DNA from: Candidatus Multivorans sp.
GTDB lineage: Bacteria > Acidobacteriota > Thermoanaerobaculia > Multivoradales > Multivoraceae
Assembly: GCA_965224025.1 (NCBI GenBank)
Contig: OZ245033.1
Location: 736,001 to 800,000 of the forward strand
Direction of reading: 5' to 3'
DNA: 64,000 bases
Part shown: piece by piece, positions 9,293 to 19,047 of the stretch
Layout of the letters: each line of letters begins with the position of its first letter
Numbering within the stretch: the stretch's first letter is position 1
Made by a program: the position numbers and the translations under genes
Notes under the pieces: model-generated
What the model was told of the DNA's origin: nothing
The model's database searches: none
What the model saw: the letters and a program-made list of their open reading frames with translations, nothing else

Positions 9293-9547
9293 ATGCACGA
9301 CGAACCCGCCGCCGATCCGCCGCTAATCCGCCCGCCGGCGTTCGACCGGATCACTCTCCGGCTGCTTGTGGCGGCGCTGGTCGCCGGTGCGCTGACGGTG
9401 CCGATCGTCATGTCTTGGCGTGACTTCAGTTGGCTCATGGCGCTCTCCAGTGCCGCCGGTATCGCTCTCCTGATCTTCTTCAGCGGCCGTGCCGCGCGGG
9501 TCCTGAACTTCGAGTGGCGCCGGCCGCCCTTCGAGCGGGAGGACTAG
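9293..9547 (+). CDS. Small hypothetical membrane protein (2 TM)
   Basis: Two hydrophobic segments; stop 3 bp before the NUDIX start; start uncertain. Confidence 0.55.
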   Translation: MHDEPAADPPLIRPPAFDRITLRLLVAALVAGALTVPIVMSWRDFSWLMALSSAAGIALLIFFSGRAARVLNFEWRRPPFERED

Positions 9548-9550
9548 GAG

Positions 9551-10114
9551 TTGAAGAAGGTCCGTCCCTGGCGCGTCGAGGCCAAGCGTTCGGCCTTCGA
9601 CCACCCGCTGCTCAGGGTCGAGACCCAGGAACTCCGGGCCGGCGCCGACCGCCGAGAAGCGCTGGTTCTGCGGTCGGCCGACTGGGTCAACGTGATCCCC
9701 CTGATCGAACCCGGATCGACGGCCGACGGACCGACCGTCGTGTTCATCCGTCAGTGGCGGTTCGGGCGCGCCGCGGAGTCGCTGGAGATTCCGGGCGGCA
9801 TCGTCGAAGCGGGTGAGGACGCGGAGGTTGCCGCGGGACGGGAACTGCACGAAGAGACCGGCTACCGGGCCGGCAGGATCGAGCGCCTCGGCGTGGTCGA
9901 GCCCAACCCCGCCATCCTCGACAACGTGTGTTCGCTGTGGCTGGCTCGCGACCTGACCCTTACCGGCGATCCGATCGGCGACGGCAGCGAGGAGCTCGAG
10001 GTCGTCCACGTGCCCTTGCGCGAGGTTACCGAGCGGATCGCGAGCGGTGAGATCCGCCACTCGCTCGTCGTCACCGCCTTCTACTTCTTCGCCCGGCGCT
10101 ACGGTTTCTCTTGA
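9551..10114 (+). CDS. NUDIX hydrolase (ADP-ribose pyrophosphatase-like)
   Basis: Nudix box EIPGGIVEAGEDAEVAAGRELHEETGY. Confidence 0.92.
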   Translation: MKKVRPWRVEAKRSAFDHPLLRVETQELRAGADRREALVLRSADWVNVIPLIEPGSTADGPTVVFIRQWRFGRAAESLEIPGGIVEAGEDAEVAAGRELHEETGYRAGRIERLGVVEPNPAILDNVCSLWLARDLTLTGDPIGDGSEELEVVHVPLREVTERIASGEIRHSLVVTAFYFFARRYGFS

Positions 10115-10842
10115 GCGAACGTCGGCAACGGCCCGTCCGGGCCGCGGCGCGCCGCGGCGCCGCGCCGCTTCGGGGCGTCTCCTTCGACGCCACGGGCACG
10201 CTCTTCGTCTGCCCGCGCCGCGGTGAGATCTACGCCGAAGTCCTTGCCCGGCACGGTCTGCGCCTTGGCCCGGACGAGATCGAGACCGGCTTTCGGACCG
10301 CCTGGAGCGAACTCGACTGCCGACTCGGACGCGGCGAGGACCGCTACGGCAGCCATCCGGACGGCGCCCGCGGCTTCTGGCGCGAGCTGCTGGAGCGATC
10401 GTGCGCGCTGCTCGGGAAAGAAGCCCCCGGGCCCTTTGCGGCCGCCGAGTTGTTTGCCCGCTTCGAACGCGCGGACGCCTGGGAGCTTGGCCCCGGCGCC
10501 CGCGAGGTGCTGGCCGAACTGCGGCGCCGGGGTCTGCGGGTCGCGGTGACGAGCAACTGGGACCGCCGGTTGCCCCGTGTGCTGGCCAACCTCGGCCTGG
10601 GCGCCGACATCGATGCCGTCATCTGCTCCGAGGACGTGGGATCGGCGAAGCCGGCCGAGACGATCTTCCTTGCCGCCTGCCGGGAACTCGATCTGGAACC
10701 GGCGTCGGTCCTCCACGTCGGCGACGCCAAGATCGAGGATCGGGAGGGGGCCGAGGCGGCAGGCCTGCGGGCGCTGTGGCTGAATGCCGCGGAAGGAGAC
10801 ATCGGGGTGCTCGAAGAGGTGCTCGACTACGTCGGGGATTGA
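10111..10842 (+). CDS. HAD-superfamily hydrolase (HAD-IA, REG-2-like)
   Basis: FDATGTL, TSNWD, KP..IF and HVGD..ED..GA motifs. Confidence 0.9.
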   Translation: MSERRQRPVRAAARRGAAPLRGVSFDATGTLFVCPRRGEIYAEVLARHGLRLGPDEIETGFRTAWSELDCRLGRGEDRYGSHPDGARGFWRELLERSCALLGKEAPGPFAAAELFARFERADAWELGPGAREVLAELRRRGLRVAVTSNWDRRLPRVLANLGLGADIDAVICSEDVGSAKPAETIFLAACRELDLEPASVLHVGDAKIEDREGAEAAGLRALWLNAAEGDIGVLEEVLDYVGD

Positions 10843-10849
10843 CGCCGAC

Positions 10850-10858
10850 TGCTACACT
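10850..10858 (+). promoter_or_regulatory. Putative extended -10 element
   Basis: TGCTACACT, identical to the element before the tRNA cluster, 22 bp upstream of the Rrf2 ATG. Confidence 0.4.
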
Positions 10859-10880
10859 GCCCCATGGCGGGGAGGGCGCA

Positions 10881-11387
10881 ATGAAGATATCGACCAAGGG
10901 CGAGTACGGTATCCGCGCCATGCTGTACGTGGCGATGCACTCGGACGCCGGTCCGGTGCCGAGCCACGAGATCGCGATCAACCAGGGCGTCCCGGAGCCG
11001 TACCTGCGCCAGATCCTGGCGGCCCTTGCCCGCTTCCACTTGATCCGCTCGAATCGGGGCCCCCAGGGCGGCCACCTGTTGGGACGGCCGGCCGAGCAAA
11101 TCTCCATGCACGACATCCTGGTCGCGCTGGAGGGGCACACGACGTCGATCGACCACATCCTGGCTCAGCCCTGCACGATCGGTGTGGGGCCCAAGCACTG
11201 CGCGATCCGCGAGGTCTTCTTGAGCGTGAAGGAGGCGGTCGAGAACATCCTCTGCAACTTGAGCCTCGCCGATCTAGCCGAACGCCAGCAGGAAGTCTGC
11301 GAGTGCAAGATCGAGATCCCGCACGACCTGCCGCCGGAGCGCCTCCACGGTCTGCCGGGGCGGCCGCTGCACGTGCTGGGCGACTGA
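10881..11387 (+). CDS. Rrf2 family transcriptional regulator (IscR/CymR-like)
   Basis: MKISTKGEYGIRAM, YLRQIL..L, IRSNRGPQGG, ISMHDILVALEG; GGAGG RBS. Confidence 0.93.
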   Translation: MKISTKGEYGIRAMLYVAMHSDAGPVPSHEIAINQGVPEPYLRQILAALARFHLIRSNRGPQGGHLLGRPAEQISMHDILVALEGHTTSIDHILAQPCTIGVGPKHCAIREVFLSVKEAVENILCNLSLADLAERQQEVCECKIEIPHDLPPERLHGLPGRPLHVLGD

Positions 11388-11959
11388 CGGTCGGGGCCGG
11401 GACACGCCGGCGGTTCATCCGTCGCCGCGGCGGGCGTGCTCTCGCGTTGTTCCTGTTGCCGGCGGTGGCGCTCGCCTGGTCGTGCATCGTCCCCGCGGAT
11501 CCGGCGCCGCTGGACGACGGCGAACTGGAGAGCCTGACGGTGGCGCCGCCGCGAGACTCCGTGTTCCGGCCGGACGAGGATCAGCAGGAGCGCCGGGCGC
11601 CGGCTGCTGCCCTCGGCGGTCGGCTTCCGGGCGCCTTCCCGGAGGGCTTCCCGCTCCCGGACGGGTCCACGGTGTTCGACTTTGGCGCCGCCCCGCAGGA
11701 AGACGAAGGCGAAGAACCTGTTGCGGTGGAGTTCGTGAGCCTGCGGCTGCCCCTGGGCGCTCCGGCGGCCCGGGAATGGCTGCTGCGCGAGGCGCAGGCC
11801 GCGGGTTGGCGTGCGGCGTTGGGAGGCACCATGACCTTCCGGCGAGGTGACGAGTGGGTCCGGGTTGCGATCGAACCGGGCAGGACCGCCGGCAACTCGG
11901 GCGCCCGCTTCGAGTACCCGAAACTCCAGGAGGCCTCGCCACAGAACGCAACTGAGTAA
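11384..11959 (+). CDS. Hypothetical lipoprotein-like protein
   Basis: Basic N-terminus plus hydrophobic LALFLLPAVALAWSC; start codon unclear (possible CTG overlapping the Rrf2 stop). Confidence 0.5.
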   Translation: MTVGAGTRRRFIRRRGGRALALFLLPAVALAWSCIVPADPAPLDDGELESLTVAPPRDSVFRPDEDQQERRAPAAALGGRLPGAFPEGFPLPDGSTVFDFGAAPQEDEGEEPVAVEFVSLRLPLGAPAAREWLLREAQAAGWRAALGGTMTFRRGDEWVRVAIEPGRTAGNSGARFEYPKLQEASPQNATE

Positions 11960-12165
11960 GTTCCATCCAAGCGCCCGCTGGGCGCTCGGACTGGTTCGCG
12001 GGTGGCGCGAGTCACGCCGCCTGGGTTCTGGGCCGCGGCCTCCTGGTGAGGTGGGGGCTGGGGCCAAACACGGAGCCTGCGACGGTTTGGCGGCGCTGAG
12101 CGCGGACCGCTGTTAGCATCGGGTGCCGCCGCTCAGGCGGTCGGAATCGTGAAAGACATAGGTTT

Positions 12166-13083
12166 GTGATCGGAACAGCGGGTCCCTTGACCCTCAAGCG
12201 CGCGGAGAAGTACGGCTTCTGCGCCGGCGTGCGCATCGCCGACAGGACCGTGCGAAAACTGGCCGCGGAAGGCCGGAGCGGGAAGATCCTGGGCCAGTTG
12301 GTGCACAACGAGCACGTCGTCTCGGATCTGGTGCAACTGGGCTTCGCCACCGCCTCGTCGCTCGACGAAGTTCGGGCCGGCACGATCGTGTTTTCGGCGC
12401 ATGGCGTGCCGCCGTCCTTTCATCGCCGGGCGCTGGAGCGCGGCCTGCTGGTGGTCGACACGACCTGTCCGTTCGTCTACGACGTGCACGAGGAGGCCCG
12501 GCAGGCGCTCAAGGCTGGCTTGCACGCAGTGTTCATCGGCGATTCCGCCCACCGCGAGGTGATTGGCTACACGCGGGATCTCGACCCCGGCGACTACGAC
12601 GTCGTGCTCACGACCGGGGATGTCGAGCGAATCGACTTCGACCGCGACCCCAGGGTGAAGATCTTCTACCAGACCACTCTGAACAGCGAGGAGTACGAGG
12701 ACGTGGCGCGGGCGATCGAGCGCGCGGCCGGCCACGCCGAGCGGGCGGACACGATCTGCTACGCGACCAAGGAGAACCAGGACGCGGCGCGCGCCCTCGC
12801 GGCCGATCCCGAGATCGACTGCATCGTGGTGGTCGGCGGGCGGCACAGCGCGAACACCAGGCATCTGTGGGAGACCTGCCGGGCCACCCAGCCGCGCAGC
12901 TATCTCGTTCACGGTTCGGACGATCTGCGGCCAGGCTGGTTCGCGGAGTGTCGGGCGGTGGGAGTCACCGCGGGCGCCTCGACGCCGGACACGATGATCG
13001 AGGAAGTCGAGGGCGCGATCCAGTTGCTGGCCACGTCTCCGGGCCCGACCGGGCCGATCCCCGCCGCTGAGGCCCCGCTTTGA
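12166..13083 (+). CDS. ispH: 4-hydroxy-3-methylbut-2-enyl diphosphate reductase
   Basis: GFCAGV, LVHN, SAHGV, DTTCPFV..VH, QTT, DTICYAT..Q, SANT and VGVTAGASTP motifs. Confidence 0.96.
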   Translation: MIGTAGPLTLKRAEKYGFCAGVRIADRTVRKLAAEGRSGKILGQLVHNEHVVSDLVQLGFATASSLDEVRAGTIVFSAHGVPPSFHRRALERGLLVVDTTCPFVYDVHEEARQALKAGLHAVFIGDSAHREVIGYTRDLDPGDYDVVLTTGDVERIDFDRDPRVKIFYQTTLNSEEYEDVARAIERAAGHAERADTICYATKENQDAARALAADPEIDCIVVVGGRHSANTRHLWETCRATQPRSYLVHGSDDLRPGWFAECRAVGVTAGASTPDTMIEEVEGAIQLLATSPGPTGPIPAAEAPL

Positions 13084-14375
13084 GGGTTCTGGTCATCGGC
13101 AACGGTGGCCGGGAGCACGCGCTCTGCTGGCTCATCCGGGAGCGGGCGCCTGCGACGGAGCTCTACTGCGCGCCGGGCAGTCCGGGTACCGGGGAGTGCG
13201 GCGAGAGCGTGGCGATCGATGTTTCGGACATCGAGGGGCTGTGCCGGTTCGCGGCTGAGCGGGCGATCGACCTCACCGTGGTCGGCCCCGAGCTGCCGCT
13301 GTCTCTGGGCATCGTGGACGCGTTTCGCGAGCGCGGTCTGCGCATCTTCGGACCCTCCCGCGCCGCCGCGCGCCTGGAGAGTTCCAAGGTCTTCGCCAAG
13401 GAGTTCATGCACCGGCACGGCGTGCCGACCTCCGACTTCGTGGTCACCGGCGACCGGGACACCGCGCGCTGGGCCGCGGAGCGCTTCGGATTGCCGGCGG
13501 TGCTCAAGGCAGACGGGCTCGCCGCCGGAAAGGGCGTACTGATCGTGTCCTCGCCGGCGGAGCTTGAGGCCGCCCTGGACGTGTTCTTCGTTGCCCGCCG
13601 CTTCGGTTCGGCCGGCGCCCGCGTTCTGATCGAGCCCTTCGTGCTTGGCGAGGAGGTTTCCTTCATCGCGTTCTGCGACGGCCGGCGGGTGCTGCCGCTC
13701 GCGACCTCCAAGGACTACAAGCGGATCGGCGACGACGACGCGGGCCCGAACACCGGCGGCATGGGCGCCCACAGTCCGGCGGGAATCGTCTCCAGGGAGC
13801 AGGTCTCCGAGATCATGAGCGAGGTCATGGAGCGGACGGTGGCCGGCATGGCCGCCGACGGCACGCCCTTCTCCGGCGTGCTCTACGCGGGTCTGATGAT
13901 GAGCCCGGACGGTCCCCAGGTACTCGAGTTCAACGTCCGGCTGGGCGACCCGGAGGCGCAGGCGCTGCTGTTGCGGCTGGAGGAGGACCCGGTCGACCTG
14001 TTCGCCGCCGGCGCCGACGGCGACTTCGGACGCTCCGAGCTCGCCTTCGACTCGGGCGCTTCGGCCTGCCTGGTGCTGGCCAACGAGGGCTACCCGGGGA
14101 ACGCGGCGTCGGGAGACGCGATCGAAGGGATCGAAGCCGCGCGAGCGCGCGAGGGCGTGGTCGTGTTCCACGCCGGCACCGGCCGCCGGAACGGCCGGGT
14201 CATCGCCACCGGCGGACGAGTGCTGAACGTCTGCGCGGTGGGCGACGACCTGGATCGGGCCCTCGCGCGGGCCTACGAGGGGGCGGCCCGGATCGACTGG
14301 CCGGCCAAGGCGATGCGCTCGGACATCGGCCGGCGGGTGCTCGCTGGCACTGCTATGGGAGCGGGCCTGTCGTGA
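13080..14375 (+). CDS. purD: Phosphoribosylamine--glycine ligase
   Basis: GNGGREHAL, VVGPE, LESSKVFAK, KADGLAAGKGV, GPNTGGMGA, EFNVRLGDPE and FHAGT motifs. Confidence 0.97.
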   Translation: MRVLVIGNGGREHALCWLIRERAPATELYCAPGSPGTGECGESVAIDVSDIEGLCRFAAERAIDLTVVGPELPLSLGIVDAFRERGLRIFGPSRAAARLESSKVFAKEFMHRHGVPTSDFVVTGDRDTARWAAERFGLPAVLKADGLAAGKGVLIVSSPAELEAALDVFFVARRFGSAGARVLIEPFVLGEEVSFIAFCDGRRVLPLATSKDYKRIGDDDAGPNTGGMGAHSPAGIVSREQVSEIMSEVMERTVAGMAADGTPFSGVLYAGLMMSPDGPQVLEFNVRLGDPEAQALLLRLEEDPVDLFAAGADGDFGRSELAFDSGASACLVLANEGYPGNAASGDAIEGIEAARAREGVVVFHAGTGRRNGRVIATGGRVLNVCAVGDDLDRALARAYEGAARIDWPAKAMRSDIGRRVLAGTAMGAGLS

Positions 14376-15124
14376 GTTGCGGCGGCTGCAGCTTTGCGGG
14401 TCAATCGACCGCCGTTGAGGACACGTTCGTCGGCGTGCGCTTCGGCGAGGAGACGAACCTGACCCTCTGCCGCACGGGTGGCGAGCTGCTGGCCCGCGGC
14501 GACGAGGTGGTCGTGTCGATGAAGCCGGGTCCGGCCTACGCTCGGGTGGAGAAGTCGCCCATGCCGGTGTTCAAGCCGTGCCAGAAGTCGAGCGCCCGGA
14601 CGTTGATTCGGCGGGCGGACGACGCCGACCGTGCTGCGAGAGAACGGCAACTGACGAACCAGGTGCGCGGCAGGACGTTCTGCCGTGAGCGGGCGCGGGC
14701 GCTCGGCCTGGAGATGAAGGTGTCGCGGGTGGACTTCAGCCTGGATGGGCGCAACGCGACGTTCTACTTCACTGCCGAGCGGCGGGTCGACTTCCGGCAG
14801 TTGCTGCGCGACTTGAGGGGCCGCTTCAAGTCCCGGGTGCGACTGGTTCATGTCGGGCCGCGGGACGAGGCGCGGCTGCTCGGCGGCGTCGGCATCTGCG
14901 GTCGGACGCTGTGCTGTTCGACCTGGATCGACGACTTCCGGCCCATCTCGATCCAGATGGCCAAACGCCAGGGTGTGAGTCTCAACCCGTCCAGGATCTC
15001 CGGCCAGTGCGGCAGGCTCCTGTGCTGCCTCGCGTACGAGGATGACGACTATCGTCGCCGTCGTCCGAGCGACAGGCCCTGGTCGGGCGCTCGCGACGGT
15101 GGTGCGTTGCCGGTCCTGAGCTGA
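14372..15124 (+). CDS. ricT: PSP1/RicT (YaaT-like) Fe-S regulatory protein
   Basis: FYFTAERRVDFRQL, GPRDEA..GG.GICGR.LCC and SIQMAK.Q..SLNP..ISGQCGRLLCCL.YE motifs. Confidence 0.9.
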   Translation: MSCGGCSFAGQSTAVEDTFVGVRFGEETNLTLCRTGGELLARGDEVVVSMKPGPAYARVEKSPMPVFKPCQKSSARTLIRRADDADRAARERQLTNQVRGRTFCRERARALGLEMKVSRVDFSLDGRNATFYFTAERRVDFRQLLRDLRGRFKSRVRLVHVGPRDEARLLGGVGICGRTLCCSTWIDDFRPISIQMAKRQGVSLNPSRISGQCGRLLCCLAYEDDDYRRRRPSDRPWSGARDGGALPVLS

Positions 15125-15126
15125 CG

Positions 15127-15158
15127 CGGATGCGGGCGAGACGCCCGCGTTCCCAGGG
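15127..15158. repeat. REP-like repeat (family B), copy 1
   Basis: Reverse complement of CCCTGGGAACGCGGGCGTCTCGCCCGCATCCG, identical to 27154-27185 and 28780-28811; lies between convergent genes. Confidence 0.85.
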
Positions 15159-15202
15159 CGGATGCGGGAGCGGATCGCGCCACCCGGGTTCCCAGGGGGC
15201 GG

Positions 15203-16642
15203 CTACGAGGCGCCGCGGCGGGTGAGCACCGCCGGGACCGTCTTGAGGAGGATCTTGAAGTCGAGCGTCGGCGACCAGGAGTCGATGTACTCCAGGTCGA
15301 GTTCCATCCAGCGGTCGAAGTCCAGATCGCTGCGGCCGCTGACCTGCCACAGACAGGTGATGCCCGGCTTCATCGACAGACGCCGCCGCTGCCGCCTGGT
15401 GTACGGCTCCTTCTCCTCGAGAGGCCTTGGGCCGACCAGACTCATGTCGCCGCGCACGACGTTCCAGAATTGCGGGAGTTCGTCGAGGCTGAACTTTCGC
15501 AGGTAGTGCCCGAGAGGAGTGATCCGCGGATCGCGGTGCATCTTGAAGGCGGGACCGTCCATCGTGTTCAGGTGCTTGAACTCGCCCCGCTTCGCGTCGG
15601 CGTCCGCGACCATGGTGCGGAGCTTGTACATGGTGAAGCGGCGACCGTTCAGACCGCAGCGAGTCTGCCGGTAGAGCACGGAGCCGGACGAAGTCATCTT
15701 GATCAGGAGCGCCAGCAGCAGCATCACGGGCAGGCTGATCGCCAGCAGGACGACGCCGATGCAGATGTCGTAGAAGCGCTTGAACAGCATCAGGGGAACA
15801 CCGGACGGCGCCGGCGACAGGGTGACAACGGGCCGGCCGGCCAGGGAATCGAGTTGGACCTGGCTGTGGGCCGGCGGCAGCAGGTCGAGCGCGATGCGGG
15901 TCTGGATGCCCAGTTCCTGCAGCGCCTCGAAGATCTTCTGCAGAGCGGGCAACTCATTGGGAGTGATGGCAAAGAACACGTCGTCGACCACGTGCTCGGA
16001 GACGATGCGCAGGATGTCGTCGACGCCGCCCCAGACCGGTTGCGCAGTCTCGGCGGGCCTGCTCCCGTCCGTGTGGATCAGGCCGACGATCCTGAGGCCC
16101 CAGTAGGAGTGGTCCTCGATCGACTCGGCGAGTTGCCGAGCCGCTTCCGGGGTGCCGGCGATGAGCACGGCTCGCTGGTTGAAACCGTGTTGCCGCAGGT
16201 CGCGCGAGAGGATGCGCAACGCGATCTTCTCGGCCAGCAGCAGCAGGCCGGAAAGGCCTGAGAAGAGAAGCAGCCAGGTTCGGCTGAGGCGGTCCTGGAG
16301 CAGGATCTGGTCCAGTTGGAGGACGAAGACGGCGAACAGGATCAGGAATGTGGCAACTGCCGACACCTTGAGGATCGCGGCTGCCTCGGTCCTCAGGTCG
16401 GCGGTGCGGTGCGAGCGGTAGCGCCGAGTGGCGATGAGCGGCGCCATCCAGGTCAGGAGCGCCAGCGGCAGCAGTGGCAGATGGTCGCTCAGTGGATAGA
16501 GGGGACGGGGGAAGAGGCCCGGCAACACCTGGGGGAACAGTCCGCTGCGGATCGCGTAGGCGAGAAAGAACGCTGCCGCGACCAGCGACAGGTCGAGGGC
16601 GAAGACCAGGGCGGCTTGCAGTCGAATGCTTTGTTTCAACAT
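15203..16642 (-). CDS. Polyprenyl glycosylphosphotransferase (priming sugar transferase, WcaJ/EpsE-like)
   Basis: N-terminal TMs; KR.YD, F.MYKLRTM, DPRIT..G..LRKFSLDELPQFWNV..GDMSLVGPRP and KPGITCLWQVSGRS motifs. Confidence 0.95.
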   Translation of the reverse strand: MLKQSIRLQAALVFALDLSLVAAAFFLAYAIRSGLFPQVLPGLFPRPLYPLSDHLPLLPLALLTWMAPLIATRRYRSHRTADLRTEAAAILKVSAVATFLILFAVFVLQLDQILLQDRLSRTWLLLFSGLSGLLLLAEKIALRILSRDLRQHGFNQRAVLIAGTPEAARQLAESIEDHSYWGLRIVGLIHTDGSRPAETAQPVWGGVDDILRIVSEHVVDDVFFAITPNELPALQKIFEALQELGIQTRIALDLLPPAHSQVQLDSLAGRPVVTLSPAPSGVPLMLFKRFYDICIGVVLLAISLPVMLLLALLIKMTSSGSVLYRQTRCGLNGRRFTMYKLRTMVADADAKRGEFKHLNTMDGPAFKMHRDPRITPLGHYLRKFSLDELPQFWNVVRGDMSLVGPRPLEEKEPYTRRQRRRLSMKPGITCLWQVSGRSDLDFDRWMELDLEYIDSWSPTLDFKILLKTVPAVLTRRGAS

Positions 16643-16703
16643 GGCTTGCGCCGCTTCAATGCGGCCTGCGCTGTTTCAACGTGGCTTGCGTGTCTCAACG
16701 TGG
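16631..16703. repeat. 20-bp-period degenerate tandem repeat over the sugar transferase start
   Basis: TTGTTTCAACATGGCTTGCG / CCGCTTCAATGCGGCCTGCG / CTGTTTCAACGTGGCTTGCG / TGTCTCAACGTGG. Confidence 0.75.
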
Positions 16704-16806
16704 GTTGTGGCGCGGAGCACTCCCGGCCGGGAGTCTATCCGCCCCCCGCCCGCTGGCGGGAGCGCGGGTACTGTGTCCGCATCTGGCCCGCGAGTTCCGG
16801 CCGCCC

Positions 16807-19047
16807 TCAGCGCCGTTCACAGAGCCGCCTGAACAGCTCCTCGTACTGGTCCGTGACCCGGTCCCAGTTGAACTCGGACGACGCCCGGCGAGCCGCTTGT
16901 TCGCCCAGGAGACGCGCCCGCACCGGATTGCCGGTGGCCTGCTCGAAGGCCGCGGTGAGTGAGGCCGGATCCTGAACGTCGAAGTAAATGGCGGCCTCGG
17001 CGGCCGTTTCGCGGTTGGCCGGTTCGTCGTTGACCAGCACGCAGTTGCCGTAGCCCATCGCCTCGACCAGGGCCGGATGGGTGCCGCCGACCTCGGTGGC
17101 GTGCACGGTCGCGAGCGCGGACGAGAGCAGGCCCCGGTAGCGGTCGCCGTACACGGCGCCCGGGAAGCGCACCCGCGGATCTGCGGTCCTCTTCATCTCG
17201 GCGATGAAGTCCGAGGCGTAGGGCGCGTCGCCGACCATGACCAGTTGCAGGTTTCCGCCTGCCCGGGCGTAGGCGGCGACCACGCGGTGCGGGTTGTTCT
17301 CCGGTTCGAAGCGGCTGACGTAGAGAAAGTAGCGCCGGGGCTCGAGTCCCAGCTCGTCCAGGACGGGGTGAGAGACGATGGGTCGGGGCTCGACGCCGTA
17401 GCGGATCATCGTCGTGTCGCGGCCGTACCGGTCGCGGTAGTGGTCGGCGATGACTTCGGCGTCGCTGACTGTTGTGCCAGGCAGCAGACAGGCCAGCCGT
17501 TCGGAGACCGAATACACGAGGCGGCCGGGCCAGCCCCACTTTGCTCTTCGCTTCTCGATCCCGTCCACGTGCAGGGCGGTACCGAGACGCCGCAGCCAGA
17601 GCAGGGGCAGGAAGACCGCATTCGCGCCGTTGACGACCAGTGCGGCGCGGGCGCCGCGGGCGCGGAAGACCGCGTGGAGGCAGGAGAGCAGGGTGTGAAC
17701 GGGAGTGTCTCCGTACTTCGTTCGCAGCGTCGGCAGGACGACCAGGTCGACCCCGCGGTGGGAGCGAAGCCGCCGGTCGACGTAGTGGGACCGGCAGTAG
17801 ACGGTGACCGGCCAACCGCGCGCCGCCAGACGGGGCGCCAACGCCTCGATCATCGTCTCGTAGCCGCTGTAGGCCGCGGGTATGCCGCGGCTGCCGAGGA
17901 TCAGAATTCTCGGCCGATCAGCGTAGAGCGGCAGGGAGGCCCGCCCGAACCACCGTGCCGTCGCGCGCGGCGGCACGCGGCGGCGGCTGCGGACGAGGCG
18001 GCGCCGCTTGAGGATGCGACGGCGGTTGCGCCACAGCCAGGCGTAGGCGGCCAGCGACGAGGGCTCGCGCAGCAGCACGTAAGCGAGGATGCCGAGTTCC
18101 CGGATCGAGGTCGCGGGCAGGGTGCGCGGGGCGTCGGCCAGACTGCGATGGTAGATCTGCAGCAGGTAGCGGTTCTTGAGCGAATGGAAGTTGATCTCCC
18201 TCGACATTTGGCGCCGCCGCCGGGGCAGGTTGACGCGGCCGTGCAGCGCGCGGGCCCGGGGTTCATAGAGCACCTCCCAGCCCCGTTCTCGCAGCCGGAA
18301 GCAGAGTTCCGCGTCCTCGCGGTAGGAGTGGAAGTCGCCGTCGAGGACCTGGCCCGCGACCGCCGCGTCGCGCAGCGCGGCGCTCAGGAACAGGGTCGCG
18401 GCGCCGCTGCCCCCGAACACCCGCTCCGCTACAGGATACTGGCCGCGGTCGACCTGGTCGGCGCCGCGATCGATATGGCGCCAGCTTCGGGTGAGCGCCA
18501 TGCCGCAAGCGTCGATTCGCCGGCTGTCGGTGCGCCGGCCGTGGCGCGGGCCTTCTGGCCCGCGTTTACGGCATCCAGCCGCAGGCGGGTCCTCGTCGGC
18601 GTCAGTCCTCAGCAGGCGACCGGTGACCGCGCCCACAGGTCGTTCGCTGCTCGTGAACCGTTCGAGGCACGCGATCAGGCGGACCGCGTAGTCCGGCGAG
18701 ACCCAGGCATCGGCGTTCAGGCTCAGCACGTAGGTCGGTGGCCCGACCGTCTCCGCGCCGCTGCCGAAGGCGGTCTCAAGCGCCCGGTTCAGGCCGCCTG
18801 CGAAGCCGGTGTTCTCGTCCAGCGCGATCAGCTCGACCGGGAAGGGCGCCGAATCCGCGCCCTCTCGAAGGCGTTCGAGGGTGGCGTCCGTACTGGCGTT
18901 GTCGACCACGATGAGGCGGAATGGCGGGCATTCGAGCGACGCCAGCGCTGCGAAGAAGCGGGGCAGGTTGGCGGCGTCGTTCCAGGTGACGGTGCAGATC
19001 GCGAGGTCGGCGTGGGAATCACCCTTGGGTCCGCTTCCGGCGTTCAC
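16807..19047 (-). CDS. Fused GT2 + GT4 (DUF1972-type) glycosyltransferase
   Basis: GT2 half (VVDNASTD, NTGFAGG.N, YREDAEL..R) in frame with GT4 half (ILGSRGIPAAYSGYET, YVSRFEPENN, GGTHPALVEAM); GTG overlaps the upstream stop. Confidence 0.88.
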   Translation of the reverse strand: MNAGSGPKGDSHADLAICTVTWNDAANLPRFFAALASLECPPFRLIVVDNASTDATLERLREGADSAPFPVELIALDENTGFAGGLNRALETAFGSGAETVGPPTYVLSLNADAWVSPDYAVRLIACLERFTSSERPVGAVTGRLLRTDADEDPPAAGCRKRGPEGPRHGRRTDSRRIDACGMALTRSWRHIDRGADQVDRGQYPVAERVFGGSGAATLFLSAALRDAAVAGQVLDGDFHSYREDAELCFRLRERGWEVLYEPRARALHGRVNLPRRRRQMSREINFHSLKNRYLLQIYHRSLADAPRTLPATSIRELGILAYVLLREPSSLAAYAWLWRNRRRILKRRRLVRSRRRVPPRATARWFGRASLPLYADRPRILILGSRGIPAAYSGYETMIEALAPRLAARGWPVTVYCRSHYVDRRLRSHRGVDLVVLPTLRTKYGDTPVHTLLSCLHAVFRARGARAALVVNGANAVFLPLLWLRRLGTALHVDGIEKRRAKWGWPGRLVYSVSERLACLLPGTTVSDAEVIADHYRDRYGRDTTMIRYGVEPRPIVSHPVLDELGLEPRRYFLYVSRFEPENNPHRVVAAYARAGGNLQLVMVGDAPYASDFIAEMKRTADPRVRFPGAVYGDRYRGLLSSALATVHATEVGGTHPALVEAMGYGNCVLVNDEPANRETAAEAAIYFDVQDPASLTAAFEQATGNPVRARLLGEQAARRASSEFNWDRVTDQYEELFRRLCERR

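Noticed and set aside
16631-16703. Possible mini-CRISPR array
   Set aside because: Contiguous 20-bp degenerate units with no unique spacers and no cas genes in the window
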